Below are positions 18,671-28,477 of a stretch of DNA of 64,000 nt, piece by piece. Each line of letters opens with the position of its first letter. The first letter of the stretch is position 1. The notes under the pieces were generated by a model that searched no databases, was not told where the DNA came from, and saw nothing but the letters and a program-made list of their open reading frames with translations. Both the position numbers and the translations under genes were made by a program. This stretch comes from Candidatus Collierbacteria bacterium GW2011_GWB1_44_6 (GTDB lineage Bacteria > Patescibacteriota > Microgenomatia > UBA1400 > MFAQ01), in assembly GCA_000998025.1 (NCBI GenBank), contig LCJG01000002.1, forward strand, positions 891-64,890, in the 5' to 3' direction.

Positions 18671-20077
18671 CTAATATCGTTTCAGAAATTGGCCGGAGTC
18701 GACGTGGATGACGGTGCCGGAGGGAGTACTGATGGGGAGGTCTACAAAATATACCTGATAACTGCGATCGTGATAGAAAACCTTGAAAAAATCGGACTGG
18801 GATACTGCCAGCGCCACTTCTTTAGATTGGTTTTCTCCCCCTTTGTAGCCTTTTGGGTCGTTTACGAAGAGAAAAGAGGTGTTTAAGGGTGGAGAGGGAT
18901 ATATTTCTGCGAAGTAGGTGTAGACGAGGCGGGAAATCTTACCCCTATTTACTGCGTAAAACCTGGGGTACAAGAAAAACATCATACTGATATTTGTGAC
19001 TAGATAAACCGCAATAAGTGCCTTGGAAAGAAAGCTGGGTTTGGAAAGAAAAAATCCAAGCAGCAAGGAAGATCCAATCATGGGAAGTGATAAGGCATGT
19101 GTAAATTTGTGCCAGGGCATAAAGAGGACGGGTGCGAGGGAAACCACAAAGATGAAAAGACAGAAGAAAACCAGACGGTGTTTTTTGAATAGATCTCGAT
19201 AACTGACAATCAGAAAGGCGAAAAAGATTGTAAATAAAGAGCCCAGCTCGGCGAGGATGACTTTCCCCCACTGAGGAAAATCGGTATAGTAACGAGGGAT
19301 AATTCTTAAACCGGAACCGACATAATCGACCATGATCTCCGGAGTACCAAGGGCCCAAAGGACGTACCATAGGAGGGTGTTGGCCGCTTTCTTCAGAGAA
19401 AAGTCCCAGAGATAACTATCCCCCACCGCACCGCCAAAATACTTTAACCTGTAAAAGAGATATAAACCTACGACAAGTAAGTACGGAATTGTATTGGTGT
19501 AATTTTTTTTGCGAAGATAAAGAGTAAGAGCGATGAGAAGAAACGGCGTGACCACGGCTGTTTCCTTGGACAGCAGTGCCAGTGCAAAGTACAGCAGGAA
19601 AAGCCAATATCTTTTGTCTAAAAAAGTTAGCAGCGAAAGAATTACTAGCAGAGGTAGCAGAACATCTTGAAAAGCGGACAAGAAATAGATCCGGGCGAAG
19701 TTCGCCGCAGCTGTGCCATAAACAGTGACAGTGAGAAGAGCTTGAAGATGGTCAAATCCGATCTTCCGGGCGAGCCGGTATAGAAAATAGAGAGACAAAA
19801 GGAAGCAAGATAATACAAAAAAGTAGTAAGGAAAAGGATGAAGGCCGAAAAGCGCACCAAAGAGATTGAAAAATAGCTGTTGGGGCAGTGGTCTGAAGAA
19901 TGTAAGAGATTGAGGTGTGTGTGCGAGAAAAAAGTTGAAGAACTCAGGGAGGGAACTGATTTGAGAGGTCCGCATGACAGCCCAGTCGTCACCGGAGAAG
20001 TAGCCGAACAGCGAGGGCAGGAAAATAAAGCCGATGCCGAAGATGATGAGGAGTAGCTGTCGTTTTTCTTTTTTCAT
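18671..20077 (-). CDS. polytopic membrane protein with a C-terminal extracytoplasmic domain (possible GT-C glycosyltransferase); co-transcribed immediately downstream of fic
   Basis: 468 aa with at least 10 TM helices followed by about 100 soluble residues. It starts 2 bp after the fic stop. Confidence 0.4.
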   Translation of the reverse strand: MKKEKRQLLLIIFGIGFIFLPSLFGYFSGDDWAVMRTSQISSLPEFFNFFLAHTPQSLTFFRPLPQQLFFNLFGALFGLHPFPYYFFVLSCFLLSLYFLYRLARKIGFDHLQALLTVTVYGTAAANFARIYFLSAFQDVLLPLLVILSLLTFLDKRYWLFLLYFALALLSKETAVVTPFLLIALTLYLRKKNYTNTIPYLLVVGLYLFYRLKYFGGAVGDSYLWDFSLKKAANTLLWYVLWALGTPEIMVDYVGSGLRIIPRYYTDFPQWGKVILAELGSLFTIFFAFLIVSYRDLFKKHRLVFFCLFIFVVSLAPVLFMPWHKFTHALSLPMIGSSLLLGFFLSKPSFLSKALIAVYLVTNISMMFFLYPRFYAVNRGKISRLVYTYFAEIYPSPPLNTSFLFVNDPKGYKGGENQSKEVALAVSQSDFFKVFYHDRSYQVYFVDLPISTPSGTVIHVDSGQFLKRY

Positions 20078-20079
20078 AG

Positions 20080-21018
20080 CTAGGTGGTCTTGCGATAGAG
20101 TACGCCACGTGTCGCGCCGATTTTGTCTACATAGCCTCTTTTGACTAGCTGGGAGAGATCATAATGCAGAGTTTTCTGGTTTACAGATGGAAACCGGCGC
20201 CGGATCATGTCAAAAGTACAGAGTGGGTGATCGGAAATAATGTTTAATATTTCCCCCCGTCTAGGCATTAATAGGTCTTCCCTTTTTTCTTCTTTTCCGG
20301 AAATAGAAATGATTATTTCTCCGATCTCACCAGTCAAAGCTTCGAGAAAATACCTGATGAATTCCGTAACGTCACAAGAACTCTCAAGGGTACGGTAATA
20401 GTCCGACCGGTGAGTTTCTATATATTTTTCAAAAGGTATCAATCCTCTAAAACCATATCCTTTTTGTGTTAGAACTAAAGCCGAGATAAGCCTGCCGACT
20501 CTTCCATTACCATCCGCAAAGGGGTGAATTTTTTCGAATATGAATTGAGCAATGGCGGAAGTTACCGCTGGATGTTCTTTGAGACCAGCAATATAATCCA
20601 CATATTCATTCATAAGTTTCGGTAATTCAAAATGCATAGGTGCCAGATAAACGGCATTACCGGACTTATCAAATATGGCCCAAGGTTCTGATCTGTAGTT
20701 GCCCGCATTGTCAGAGATGTCTCTCATTACCAATCTATGGAGTTCTTTAATCTCCACAATGTCCAGATGGTGAATTTTATCGGAATGAACCCGATTGTAT
20801 GCAGACAGCAGATTTTGACTGGCTTTTTTGGGGGCTGATTCTTCTTCTATTAGTCCTTCAATGCGAGCGGAGTAGACCGCACTCCTGAGTAAAGATCTTT
20901 TTCTGAGTGCTAACTCCAGATGAGGCAAGCTTCTCGTGCTGTCGAGGGAGATTTTCTGAGCTTCAAGTTTGATGAGTAGCTGGTTTATCTCCGGAGTTAT
21001 CTGCCATTCGTATTTCAT
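20080..21018 (-). CDS. fic: Fic/DOC family protein (putative AMPylase/adenylyltransferase) with a C-terminal wHTH
   Basis: Canonical Fic active-site motif HPFADGNGRVGRL. The C-terminal roughly 70 aa look like a winged helix (TLHYDLSQLVKRGYVDKIGATRGVLYRK). Confidence 0.85.
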   Translation of the reverse strand: MKYEWQITPEINQLLIKLEAQKISLDSTRSLPHLELALRKRSLLRSAVYSARIEGLIEEESAPKKASQNLLSAYNRVHSDKIHHLDIVEIKELHRLVMRDISDNAGNYRSEPWAIFDKSGNAVYLAPMHFELPKLMNEYVDYIAGLKEHPAVTSAIAQFIFEKIHPFADGNGRVGRLISALVLTQKGYGFRGLIPFEKYIETHRSDYYRTLESSCDVTEFIRYFLEALTGEIGEIIISISGKEEKREDLLMPRRGEILNIISDHPLCTFDMIRRRFPSVNQKTLHYDLSQLVKRGYVDKIGATRGVLYRKTT

Positions 21019-21024
21019 TAGATA

Positions 21025-21075
21025 ATATTAGTATATATTAGAAGATGTTGGAAGATATTAGTAAATGTTAGGAGA
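21025..21075. repeat. tandem ~20-bp direct repeats (iteron-like) in the fic upstream region
   Basis: ATATTAGAAGATGTTGGAAG and ATATTAGTAAATGTTAGGAG are about 16/20 identical. A partial third copy ATATTAGTAT precedes them. The period is about 10 bp. The repeats overlap the last codons of the upstream GT2 gene. Confidence 0.5.
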
Positions 21076-21871
21076 AATATCCCGAGATTAAGTTTGGTAG
21101 CGCTAGGGGGTATTCTTTAAGTACTCTCATTTTTATCCGAAACATGCTTACCAAATTTAAAGGGAAAGAGACGTGGCGGGCTATCATTCGGCCATAGATC
21201 CAGTAGTAGTTCTTGAACCATTTATCCCTTGGCATTCTAGTACCCCCCGAAGAGGCCCGGTGATGGTAGACTAGTGCGTCTGGGGAAAAAATCATTCTGC
21301 CGAGCTTGGTGACTCGCAAACCGAGATCTGTCTCCTCAAACCCGGGTGGTGGGATCTTTTCATCGAATCCTCTCAGTTTTTCCAAAATACTTCTGCGAAA
21401 AGACATGTTGCAACCATAGGGAAATTGAACAAATTGTCTTCTGGTTCCCCAAAAATTCATCGTGAAGGAGGCTAGATATTTATCTGTTTTGCCAGTGACC
21501 GCATCGGTATCTTGAGGCATTTTTTCCCCATCATTGATTACCCTACCGGCGACTCCCAGAATTTTTTTGTCTGCATATTCTGCCAGGTGAGCTTTGATTG
21601 TTTTTGGGGTGATCTCGACATCGTCATCGAAGAAAAAGACAATCTCACCAGTGACTCTGGCGAGTCCGATGTTTTTAGCGATGGAAGTATTTGCTTTGGA
21701 GTTTTCAATATAAACGACATCCAATTTTTTTATCTCTTTTGGATCTTCTTTCTTATCACTTTGGTCAACGATAATTATTTCAGCACCAGGTTCAAACTTC
21801 CGGATTTGTTTAGCTAGACCCAAAGCTAGCCCTGGTCGATTGTAGGTGGGAATAACAACTGAGATTTTCAT
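21068..21871 (-). CDS. GT2 family glycosyltransferase
   Basis: MKISVVIPTYNRPGLALGLAKQI...IIVDQSD...FFDDDV. Confidence 0.8.
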   Translation of the reverse strand: MKISVVIPTYNRPGLALGLAKQIRKFEPGAEIIIVDQSDKKEDPKEIKKLDVVYIENSKANTSIAKNIGLARVTGEIVFFFDDDVEITPKTIKAHLAEYADKKILGVAGRVINDGEKMPQDTDAVTGKTDKYLASFTMNFWGTRRQFVQFPYGCNMSFRRSILEKLRGFDEKIPPPGFEETDLGLRVTKLGRMIFSPDALVYHHRASSGGTRMPRDKWFKNYYWIYGRMIARHVSFPLNLVSMFRIKMRVLKEYPLALPNLISGYFS

Positions 21872-23358
21872 TTTGACTTTTTCTCATCGAAGCCCCAGGA
21901 ATAGAGTTCTAATGGCCACTTTTCTTCCTGAGCGACAGCCATAGACTCGACCCTGAACTCCAATTTTAAGTTTTTCTTGATATAGCCCTTGACGTCATCC
22001 GGCATTAGACTTTGCCAGTCTTCGATAATTACTAGCCCACGGGGATATTTTTCTTGTTCTTGAAGAAAATATTCCTGACTAGGATAAATCATGACCGAAT
22101 AATAGTCGTGTTGGAATGGGGGTAGGTTAGTTTTCATAAATATGGCCGAAGGTAGGTGGAAGGTATACCAGGAACCATGATCAAAACCATTGGTGAAATA
22201 CGGAATATTATCAAAATCCGGAAATTGCTCGTATATTTTTTTATAAAATACTTTGTAGTCGGCATTTTGGACATCGGCAAAAAAATCGGCGTTTGGGGTA
22301 TAGTAGACTGCTGGTTTGCGGACTACTTTATAACCTCCGGCATAGATCAATAAAGCTACAAAAAGACAGACTACAGCGGAACCTTTATACAGCGAGAAGC
22401 TTACCTTTGTCCAAAATATTCCAAACTTAACAATGAGCAAACCAATTAAGGGTAATAGGTAGCGAAGATTTTTGCTTTCCTGAAAAAAGAGCCACATGAT
22501 CAAAACTGGAAGTGTTGAAAGCGCCAAACTTAATATGGATTTTTTATCTTTTATCAAGGCGAGCCCGAATATCGCCGGAAGTGTCAAAAAGGCATATTGC
22601 CTCCAGAAAAACTCTCTTAGGTAGGTAAAGTTATTTACTGTGGGTCTAAAAAACAGCGAAATAATGACACCAAGATCGAACAGGTAGAAAGCGATGAACG
22701 TCAGTCCTAGAACCAGGGAAAAGATATATATCGTGGGTAACTTTTTTAACCACGAGTAAAACCCGGGAAGTGTATAAGTAAGATAAAAAACTAAACAAAT
22801 AATCCCCAAAGGGTGATAGAAGATGGCAATAGAAGCACCTGCCAGGATGACAGCGTGGATCAATAATTTTTGCTTCATCTTTACAGTTTCCGAGAGCGTA
22901 AGACTTCCGTAGATGGTAAGTAGGTAGAGGGTTTGGATGGCAGCGTATGGCTTTGCCTGAGTTGAATTTGCAAGATTTAGTTGTAAGAACGTATACAAGA
23001 AAGCTGCCAATAGACCCCCTCCATGATTGGAGAACTTTTTGGCTACAAGATAGGAAGTGGCTATTCCGGCAGTACCCCACAAGACACTTGGCAACCTGGC
23101 CGCCCATTCCGAGATCCCAAACAGGCTAAACGAACCGAGAACGGTAATTATTTGAAAAAACTGATAACGTAGAGCTGAAAGCCCCTGCGATAAAGACGTC
23201 TTTCCAAGGAAAATATCTTTGGCAATGCCGGATACATATGCTTCGTCCGACCAGAAGGAATGATTCGTACTGATACCTTTTAGTCTAAAAACAAGTCCGG
23301 CTAATAGCAGTGTTCCCAGGGTAATGGAGGGTAAGTACCTTTTTATTTGTAGAAACAT
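21868..23358 (-). CDS. GT-C membrane glycosyltransferase, ArnT/PMT-like
   Basis: FRLKGISTNHSFWSDEAYVSGIAKDIF...WAARLPSVLWG matches the family N-terminal signature. Multi-TM with a C-terminal soluble domain. Confidence 0.6.
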   Translation of the reverse strand: MFLQIKRYLPSITLGTLLLAGLVFRLKGISTNHSFWSDEAYVSGIAKDIFLGKTSLSQGLSALRYQFFQIITVLGSFSLFGISEWAARLPSVLWGTAGIATSYLVAKKFSNHGGGLLAAFLYTFLQLNLANSTQAKPYAAIQTLYLLTIYGSLTLSETVKMKQKLLIHAVILAGASIAIFYHPLGIICLVFYLTYTLPGFYSWLKKLPTIYIFSLVLGLTFIAFYLFDLGVIISLFFRPTVNNFTYLREFFWRQYAFLTLPAIFGLALIKDKKSILSLALSTLPVLIMWLFFQESKNLRYLLPLIGLLIVKFGIFWTKVSFSLYKGSAVVCLFVALLIYAGGYKVVRKPAVYYTPNADFFADVQNADYKVFYKKIYEQFPDFDNIPYFTNGFDHGSWYTFHLPSAIFMKTNLPPFQHDYYSVMIYPSQEYFLQEQEKYPRGLVIIEDWQSLMPDDVKGYIKKNLKLEFRVESMAVAQEEKWPLELYSWGFDEKKSK

Positions 23359-23375
23359 TCTATTGGGCTTGAATT

Positions 23376-25490
23376 TTAGTTTTTAAAAATGATTTCTTCG
23401 ACCTGTAATTCATGTGGGATAAGCCACCATGCTAATCCAATGTTTGGACCGATATCCAGTTTAATCAGCACGACTTCTTTGGGGCTGCCAAGGCCGATAT
23501 TTACTGCCTGGGTCTGTCGTCTTGCCAAAATATTTGTGGTTGTGGTCAAGTATGTTTGGCCGTCTTTTTCCTTACTAATGACCGTAAGAGTGAGATAGAA
23601 TCTGCTTAGATGTTTCGCTAACAAACTCCCCTTAAGATTTAATTTTACTGAGATCTCCGAGGCAGTCACCGACTGATTCATTTTTAATGCCCATGAGGCC
23701 TGATTCCGAATAATCCGATACTTACCCTGCCCGGTATCTACCAAATATCGACCAATGATCTCACCTTCTTCGCCAGGTTTCCATGATGCTACCAAGGTGT
23801 TATGTTTTACTACTACAGGAATCAATCGCGGTTTCATAATGACAGCGACATTATTTTTTAGCGCAGGTTCATAATTTTCTAGAATATATTTTTCAACTTC
23901 ATTTCCAAGCCCAGAGAATAGAGGCCCATCTTCGCAGCAGAAAGAGTAAAAATTTTCCATATTTTTTCCGTAGAGGACAGAACCTAAGTTATTTAGCAGG
24001 TTTATAACAACTAACTTTGGTTTTTTATCCGAAAGTTCACTGACCGTTTTCGTCACAAACTTGTCACCGGCAAAAAATTGAAATGCTGTAGGGATGGAGT
24101 TGGGAGATGTTCTACCTGTTATCTGATTGTGAGGACCCCACGGGTAGGTATAAATAAAGTCTGACTTATCTGTATTTTTTTCAACATAGGTTGAAATTTC
24201 TTTATAGCCTATCACCAAATCTTTCCGGAGATACCACCCGGCGGGAGGATAGTACTCCTCGGCAAAAGTAATCTTGCTTGGCTCAACTATTTTTGTGCCA
24301 AAAATTTTAATTATTGTACCGGTGTTTTCGGTTAATATGGTCCATATTATAAAAATTACAACACATAGGTATAGGAGTGCTTTAATTATTCGATTACTCG
24401 AGTGACGGATCAGGTTCCGGATGTCTTCCCAAATTAGAATAAGGATTAGAAAGAGGGGTACTAATCCATAAGTGAAGTAACCTGTGCAGGGAGTATCAAG
24501 AGTTCTAACGAATGCCAATAGACCATAAATTGTTAAGCCGAGAATAACCAAATTCTTCGTAAGTTTTTTATTTTTATAGAAAGCCAGAGATATTAAGATA
24601 AGACACGCAAGATAGGCAATAAATACTAGATAGAAGTTCAGTTTCTGTAAGTACTCGACCGGAATACTAAAGATGAGCAATTTGGAGTTTTTTGACAAGC
24701 TTTCGATATCGGCAATTCTGGGAAAGCCTTCACCACAAGGAGAAGAGTGATAGAAGTTGTTGATGCCCATAAAGGTGTACTCCCAATAGTTTCTAAGTAC
24801 ACCTTTGAGCGATATCCATAAAAAGAAGGGGGTTAACACCAGCAATTGGCCAGGCAAAAAAGTCGTTATCACTGGTCTTATTATTCTGGTGTCAGAGAAA
24901 ATGCTAATAAACGCAAGACATACCACGGTAATGTTTAGTGATAGGCCGTATTCGGAACTCGATAGCAGAGAAAGGCCAGCAACAACACCAGCCCAGAATA
25001 AGTTTGATCTTTTGCGCTCCAGAAGATAGAGCATGATGAGTGACAATGACAGCTCGGCAATTAGATGTCTTGGCGAGGTATATATACTATTTACCGCAAA
25101 CAGCAAACAGAGAAAAAGAAAAACGATGATTAAATTATTTTTCCTTAGGACATTTTTGGCAACAAAATAACTGAGCGTCACTGCCAATAAAGGGAGGTAT
25201 AAGAATTCGATAATCAACATAGCCATAAAGCTACGTCCAAAAAGCAAATACACTGGTGACTGAATCAACAAGTAGACCCAACCATAACTTCCAAAATTAA
25301 AATAATCCCTAAAAGGCATCTTTAGATTTACAAAGTCGTCGAGTAGCCTCCAGTGATGCTGTGTATCTGCGTAACCAAACATAACTGAGATTTGATCAAG
25401 TGAGAATTTGAAATTTCTGTAGATAAACAGAAGATACCCAATCAGAAGTAAGGTGAATAGTATTATTGTTAAAGGCTTTCTTTTATTCAT
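23376..25490 (-). CDS. large polytopic membrane protein (about 420-aa TM region plus about 280-aa soluble C-terminal domain), function unknown, possibly GT-C
   Basis: 704 aa with many hydrophobic helices followed by a hydrophilic C-terminus. No motif recognised. Confidence 0.4.
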   Translation of the reverse strand: MNKRKPLTIILFTLLLIGYLLFIYRNFKFSLDQISVMFGYADTQHHWRLLDDFVNLKMPFRDYFNFGSYGWVYLLIQSPVYLLFGRSFMAMLIIEFLYLPLLAVTLSYFVAKNVLRKNNLIIVFLFLCLLFAVNSIYTSPRHLIAELSLSLIMLYLLERKRSNLFWAGVVAGLSLLSSSEYGLSLNITVVCLAFISIFSDTRIIRPVITTFLPGQLLVLTPFFLWISLKGVLRNYWEYTFMGINNFYHSSPCGEGFPRIADIESLSKNSKLLIFSIPVEYLQKLNFYLVFIAYLACLILISLAFYKNKKLTKNLVILGLTIYGLLAFVRTLDTPCTGYFTYGLVPLFLILILIWEDIRNLIRHSSNRIIKALLYLCVVIFIIWTILTENTGTIIKIFGTKIVEPSKITFAEEYYPPAGWYLRKDLVIGYKEISTYVEKNTDKSDFIYTYPWGPHNQITGRTSPNSIPTAFQFFAGDKFVTKTVSELSDKKPKLVVINLLNNLGSVLYGKNMENFYSFCCEDGPLFSGLGNEVEKYILENYEPALKNNVAVIMKPRLIPVVVKHNTLVASWKPGEEGEIIGRYLVDTGQGKYRIIRNQASWALKMNQSVTASEISVKLNLKGSLLAKHLSRFYLTLTVISKEKDGQTYLTTTTNILARRQTQAVNIGLGSPKEVVLIKLDIGPNIGLAWWLIPHELQVEEIIFKN

Positions 25491-26059
25491 TTCCTTTTCT
25501 TTATATACTTTGCGGGAGATCCGGCAACTACAGTATATGGTAATACATCTCTGTTTATTACCGAGTTAGCACCGATGACTACTCCATCACCAATTTTTGT
25601 TCCTGAGAGAATGGTCGTCCCGTTTCCTATCCAAACGTCACTTCCAATTATGATCTTTTTTCTTTCCTTTCCCTGCTTCTTAATGAGGATATTTTTGTCT
25701 AAGTAGTTATGAGTGAAAGAAACGATTGAAGTGTGGGGGGCTATCCTGACATAGTCTCCAATCTCAATCCCACCATCTCCATCCAGAACACAGTACTCAC
25801 TAATACCGACATGATTTCCGATGCTTATTCTTTCGGGAAACTTGAAAATCGCTCCCTCCCTTACGGTTAGACCACGGCCTGCCTTCTTAAAAAACGGCGG
25901 CAGGCATATCATCCTTAAACCGACGCCGATGCTACTTGGAACTCCTCTGAGGATGCCTAGAAACAAGTCTCTCAAGGTATACTTAAAGACAAAGTCAAAT
26001 AGACTAATCTTTTCGTTAATTAGAATTATTTTTTCGAACATTTTTCTGAGCGATGACAA
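25487..26059 (-). CDS. hexapeptide-repeat (LbH) acetyltransferase (WcaF/maltose O-acetyltransferase-like)
   Basis: IGNHVGISEYCVLDG...IEIGDYVRIAPHTSI...IIGSDVWIGNGTTILSGTKIGDGVVIGANSVINRDV. Confidence 0.85.
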   Translation of the reverse strand: MSSLRKMFEKIILINEKISLFDFVFKYTLRDLFLGILRGVPSSIGVGLRMICLPPFFKKAGRGLTVREGAIFKFPERISIGNHVGISEYCVLDGDGGIEIGDYVRIAPHTSIVSFTHNYLDKNILIKKQGKERKKIIIGSDVWIGNGTTILSGTKIGDGVVIGANSVINRDVLPYTVVAGSPAKYIKKRK

Positions 26060-26774
26060 TTAGGCTTAAACCGATGGGCAACATGTTAATTCTACCCTCT
26101 ATAGTGAGCCAAATATAGAGAAAACTATTGACTATCCTTGTCATGAATCTCTTTTTGCCTGATCTTGCCGGCCCAGTGAGTTCTTTATTCAATATTTTTT
26201 CGCTAATAAGGTATGGCAAAACTCCAATAAGGTTCCAAAACCGGGAGCTTTTTATAGTGAAGCCACTTGCAGTTATTTTTTCTTCGAGATCCTTTTTTTC
26301 ATATCTCCGATAGTGACCGTAATGTTTATCTCTTTTACCGTACAATAATGGACAGGCGGGCACGCTAACAAATAACGTACCCTTACTCTTTAAGAGAAAG
26401 TAACAGCCATTAAAGAACTCTCTGTCATTTTTCAAATGTTCAGCCACATCACAGGCAGTTACCAAATCAAAATCATTAACGGTAAGATTAGGCTTGGTAG
26501 CATCCATTTTTATTACTTTTAGATTGTGGATGTTTTTTGCCTTTGACTTAAGTTTCTTGACTACTTTCATCGAGTTGTCGGTAGCGTAGACTACATTGGC
26601 TTTCTTGCTTAGAGCAATTGCCATTTCACCGTTGCCTGACCCTACATCAAGTATTTTGGCACCCTGTTTTACCGGAACGAGGTTAAGTAATGTCTTGAGC
26701 CGATAGTCGTTACTGAAATTTGTTAGTTGGAAATCCTCTACGTGATCTTGCGTTATGTCCCCAAGCCTTACCAT
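26016..26774 (-). CDS. class I SAM-dependent methyltransferase
   Basis: KILDVGSGNGEMAIAL and FDLVTACDVAEHL. Confidence 0.8.
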   Translation of the reverse strand: MVRLGDITQDHVEDFQLTNFSNDYRLKTLLNLVPVKQGAKILDVGSGNGEMAIALSKKANVVYATDNSMKVVKKLKSKAKNIHNLKVIKMDATKPNLTVNDFDLVTACDVAEHLKNDREFFNGCYFLLKSKGTLFVSVPACPLLYGKRDKHYGHYRRYEKKDLEEKITASGFTIKSSRFWNLIGVLPYLISEKILNKELTGPARSGKKRFMTRIVNSFLYIWLTIEGRINMLPIGLSLIVIAQKNVRKNNSN

Positions 26775-28477
26775 TTGAAGTTGTATTTGAAAAGCACCTT
26801 GTTAGATGGAGGACGGTCCATGGGAACAACTTGGACCAAACCAGACTTCGTAATTTCCGGACTGGTACGGAAAATTACTCTTTCGTCCGACCAATCAATT
26901 ACATACACTCCCTGCTCCACTCCATCAATTAGTATTTTACCGACAAAGGGTTTGCCGCGGAAATTTTTTCCGTAGACACTCACATCGGCCCACGCTTCGT
27001 TGGTTTCATTAGGTGAAATGTGGGTAATGCGGCTCTTGTTTTCAAAGTCAAGAGATTTGCGCATGATACTTCCCGAAAAAAGATAAAACAAGGAAACAAG
27101 AATAAATAAAATGGCAATCTTTCTTTGTGAGAGTTTGTTGAGGTAAAAGTAACCAGCGACAAAAAGAATAAATAAAAGTATTTCCGGTAGGAGCAAAGTA
27201 TTGACAAATATCCGTAGATAATCTGATGGATAAAATGCTTTAAAAACGTCTATTTTGTCAATAATTCTAGTTATGGAAAGAATTAGGATAACTAGAATGC
27301 TTATTTGAGGAAGCGATTTGATGAACAGATTAAGAAATTTTTTGTATCTGACTGTGGAAATTGGTTTGTGAGTTGGTAACTTTTTCACCTTTGCAAAGTT
27401 TTGAAAGAAAGACGTTATTTGCATTTCTTCCCCTACAGAATAGCTTCTTCTGAACAGAGTCGTCAGCGCAGATACCAGAAATATGAAACCATACACAATT
27501 GATTTTTCTGTTGGAATTGTTAGATCCCAGAAAGTTAGACCTATGGTCAGAATAAAGAAGACAGATGCTATGGCAGCGTTAATTCTGCTTTCAAACCTGA
27601 AACGGTAAGCTGTCATACTCCAAAAAAGGAATATCGCTAGCAGAAAAAAGTCGTAGCTTTCTTGGATAACAAAAATGTCGAGTAGACACAAACCAAGGGT
27701 CAAACCAACGTAATAACGGTAGTCAAATTCACTAAGTAGGTGGTATGAGATAAATAGAATTAGAGGTAGGAAGAAAAACAATATCTTGAGACCCATGCCG
27801 GACTCACTTAGTAAATTGTCAATTTTTGAAGCAATGAAGTATTGGAGATGTTTTCTGTTTTGAAGCAACGATAAGCCCGAAAACTCTGACTTTACGATAA
27901 AGGTAGTTTTGGCTTGATCGACGATAATTCCGCTACCGGTACTGCCGGAAACGGACTCCAGTTCAAATTGAAAATTTTTGTTTTTAGAAAAAGCCAGTGT
28001 TGGGAAGTTAAAGCTGTTTAGCTCATGAGAGGAAAAATCTTTAGTGTCGAACGTTTTCTGATATATCCATCCATCATAAGACTCTTGTTTAAGTCGGAAG
28101 ATAAGTTTGTCGCTACTAGGATAAAGTCTGTAAAACCGTACATGGATTGAGTTCAAGTAGTTATATTTTGACAAGAAACTTCCTTTTACAATATCTCCTT
28201 GCAACAACTCACTATCCCGGGGAATTACCAGTTGCTCTGGTTTTCCTTTCAAATAAAGACTTAGAAATCCATTGTCTTCTTTTTCTAGAAAATATACTGT
28301 TGAGACAATGCCAGTAAAAAAGAAGAGAGCAGAAACTACAAATATGTTTTTAAAAATAAAATTGAATTTCACTTTTTCCTGATAGTTTTTATTAATCCGG
28401 GAAGACCACCCAGTAAGCAGACTAGAATGGTTATCCCAGAGGCAATCATTCCCATAAAAAAGAGTCTTTGCGGCCAA
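26768..28477 (-). CDS. membrane protein with a C-terminal IPT/TIG-like beta-sandwich domain
   Basis: Multi-TM core. The C-terminus (ITHISPNETNEAWADVSVYGKNFRGKPFVGKILIDGVEQGVYVIDWSDERVIFRTSPEITKSGLVQV) follows the IPT/TIG pattern. The start is uncertain because it overlaps the downstream gene by 109 nt. Confidence 0.4.
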   Translation of the reverse strand: MAAKTLFYGNDCLWDNHSSLLTGWSSRINKNYQEKVKFNFIFKNIFVVSALFFFTGIVSTVYFLEKEDNGFLSLYLKGKPEQLVIPRDSELLQGDIVKGSFLSKYNYLNSIHVRFYRLYPSSDKLIFRLKQESYDGWIYQKTFDTKDFSSHELNSFNFPTLAFSKNKNFQFELESVSGSTGSGIIVDQAKTTFIVKSEFSGLSLLQNRKHLQYFIASKIDNLLSESGMGLKILFFFLPLILFISYHLLSEFDYRYYVGLTLGLCLLDIFVIQESYDFFLLAIFLFWSMTAYRFRFESRINAAIASVFFILTIGLTFWDLTIPTEKSIVYGFIFLVSALTTLFRRSYSVGEEMQITSFFQNFAKVKKLPTHKPISTVRYKKFLNLFIKSLPQISILVILILSITRIIDKIDVFKAFYPSDYLRIFVNTLLLPEILLFILFVAGYFYLNKLSQRKIAILFILVSLFYLFSGSIMRKSLDFENKSRITHISPNETNEAWADVSVYGKNFRGKPFVGKILIDGVEQGVYVIDWSDERVIFRTSPEITKSGLVQVVPMDRPPSNKVLFKYNFKW

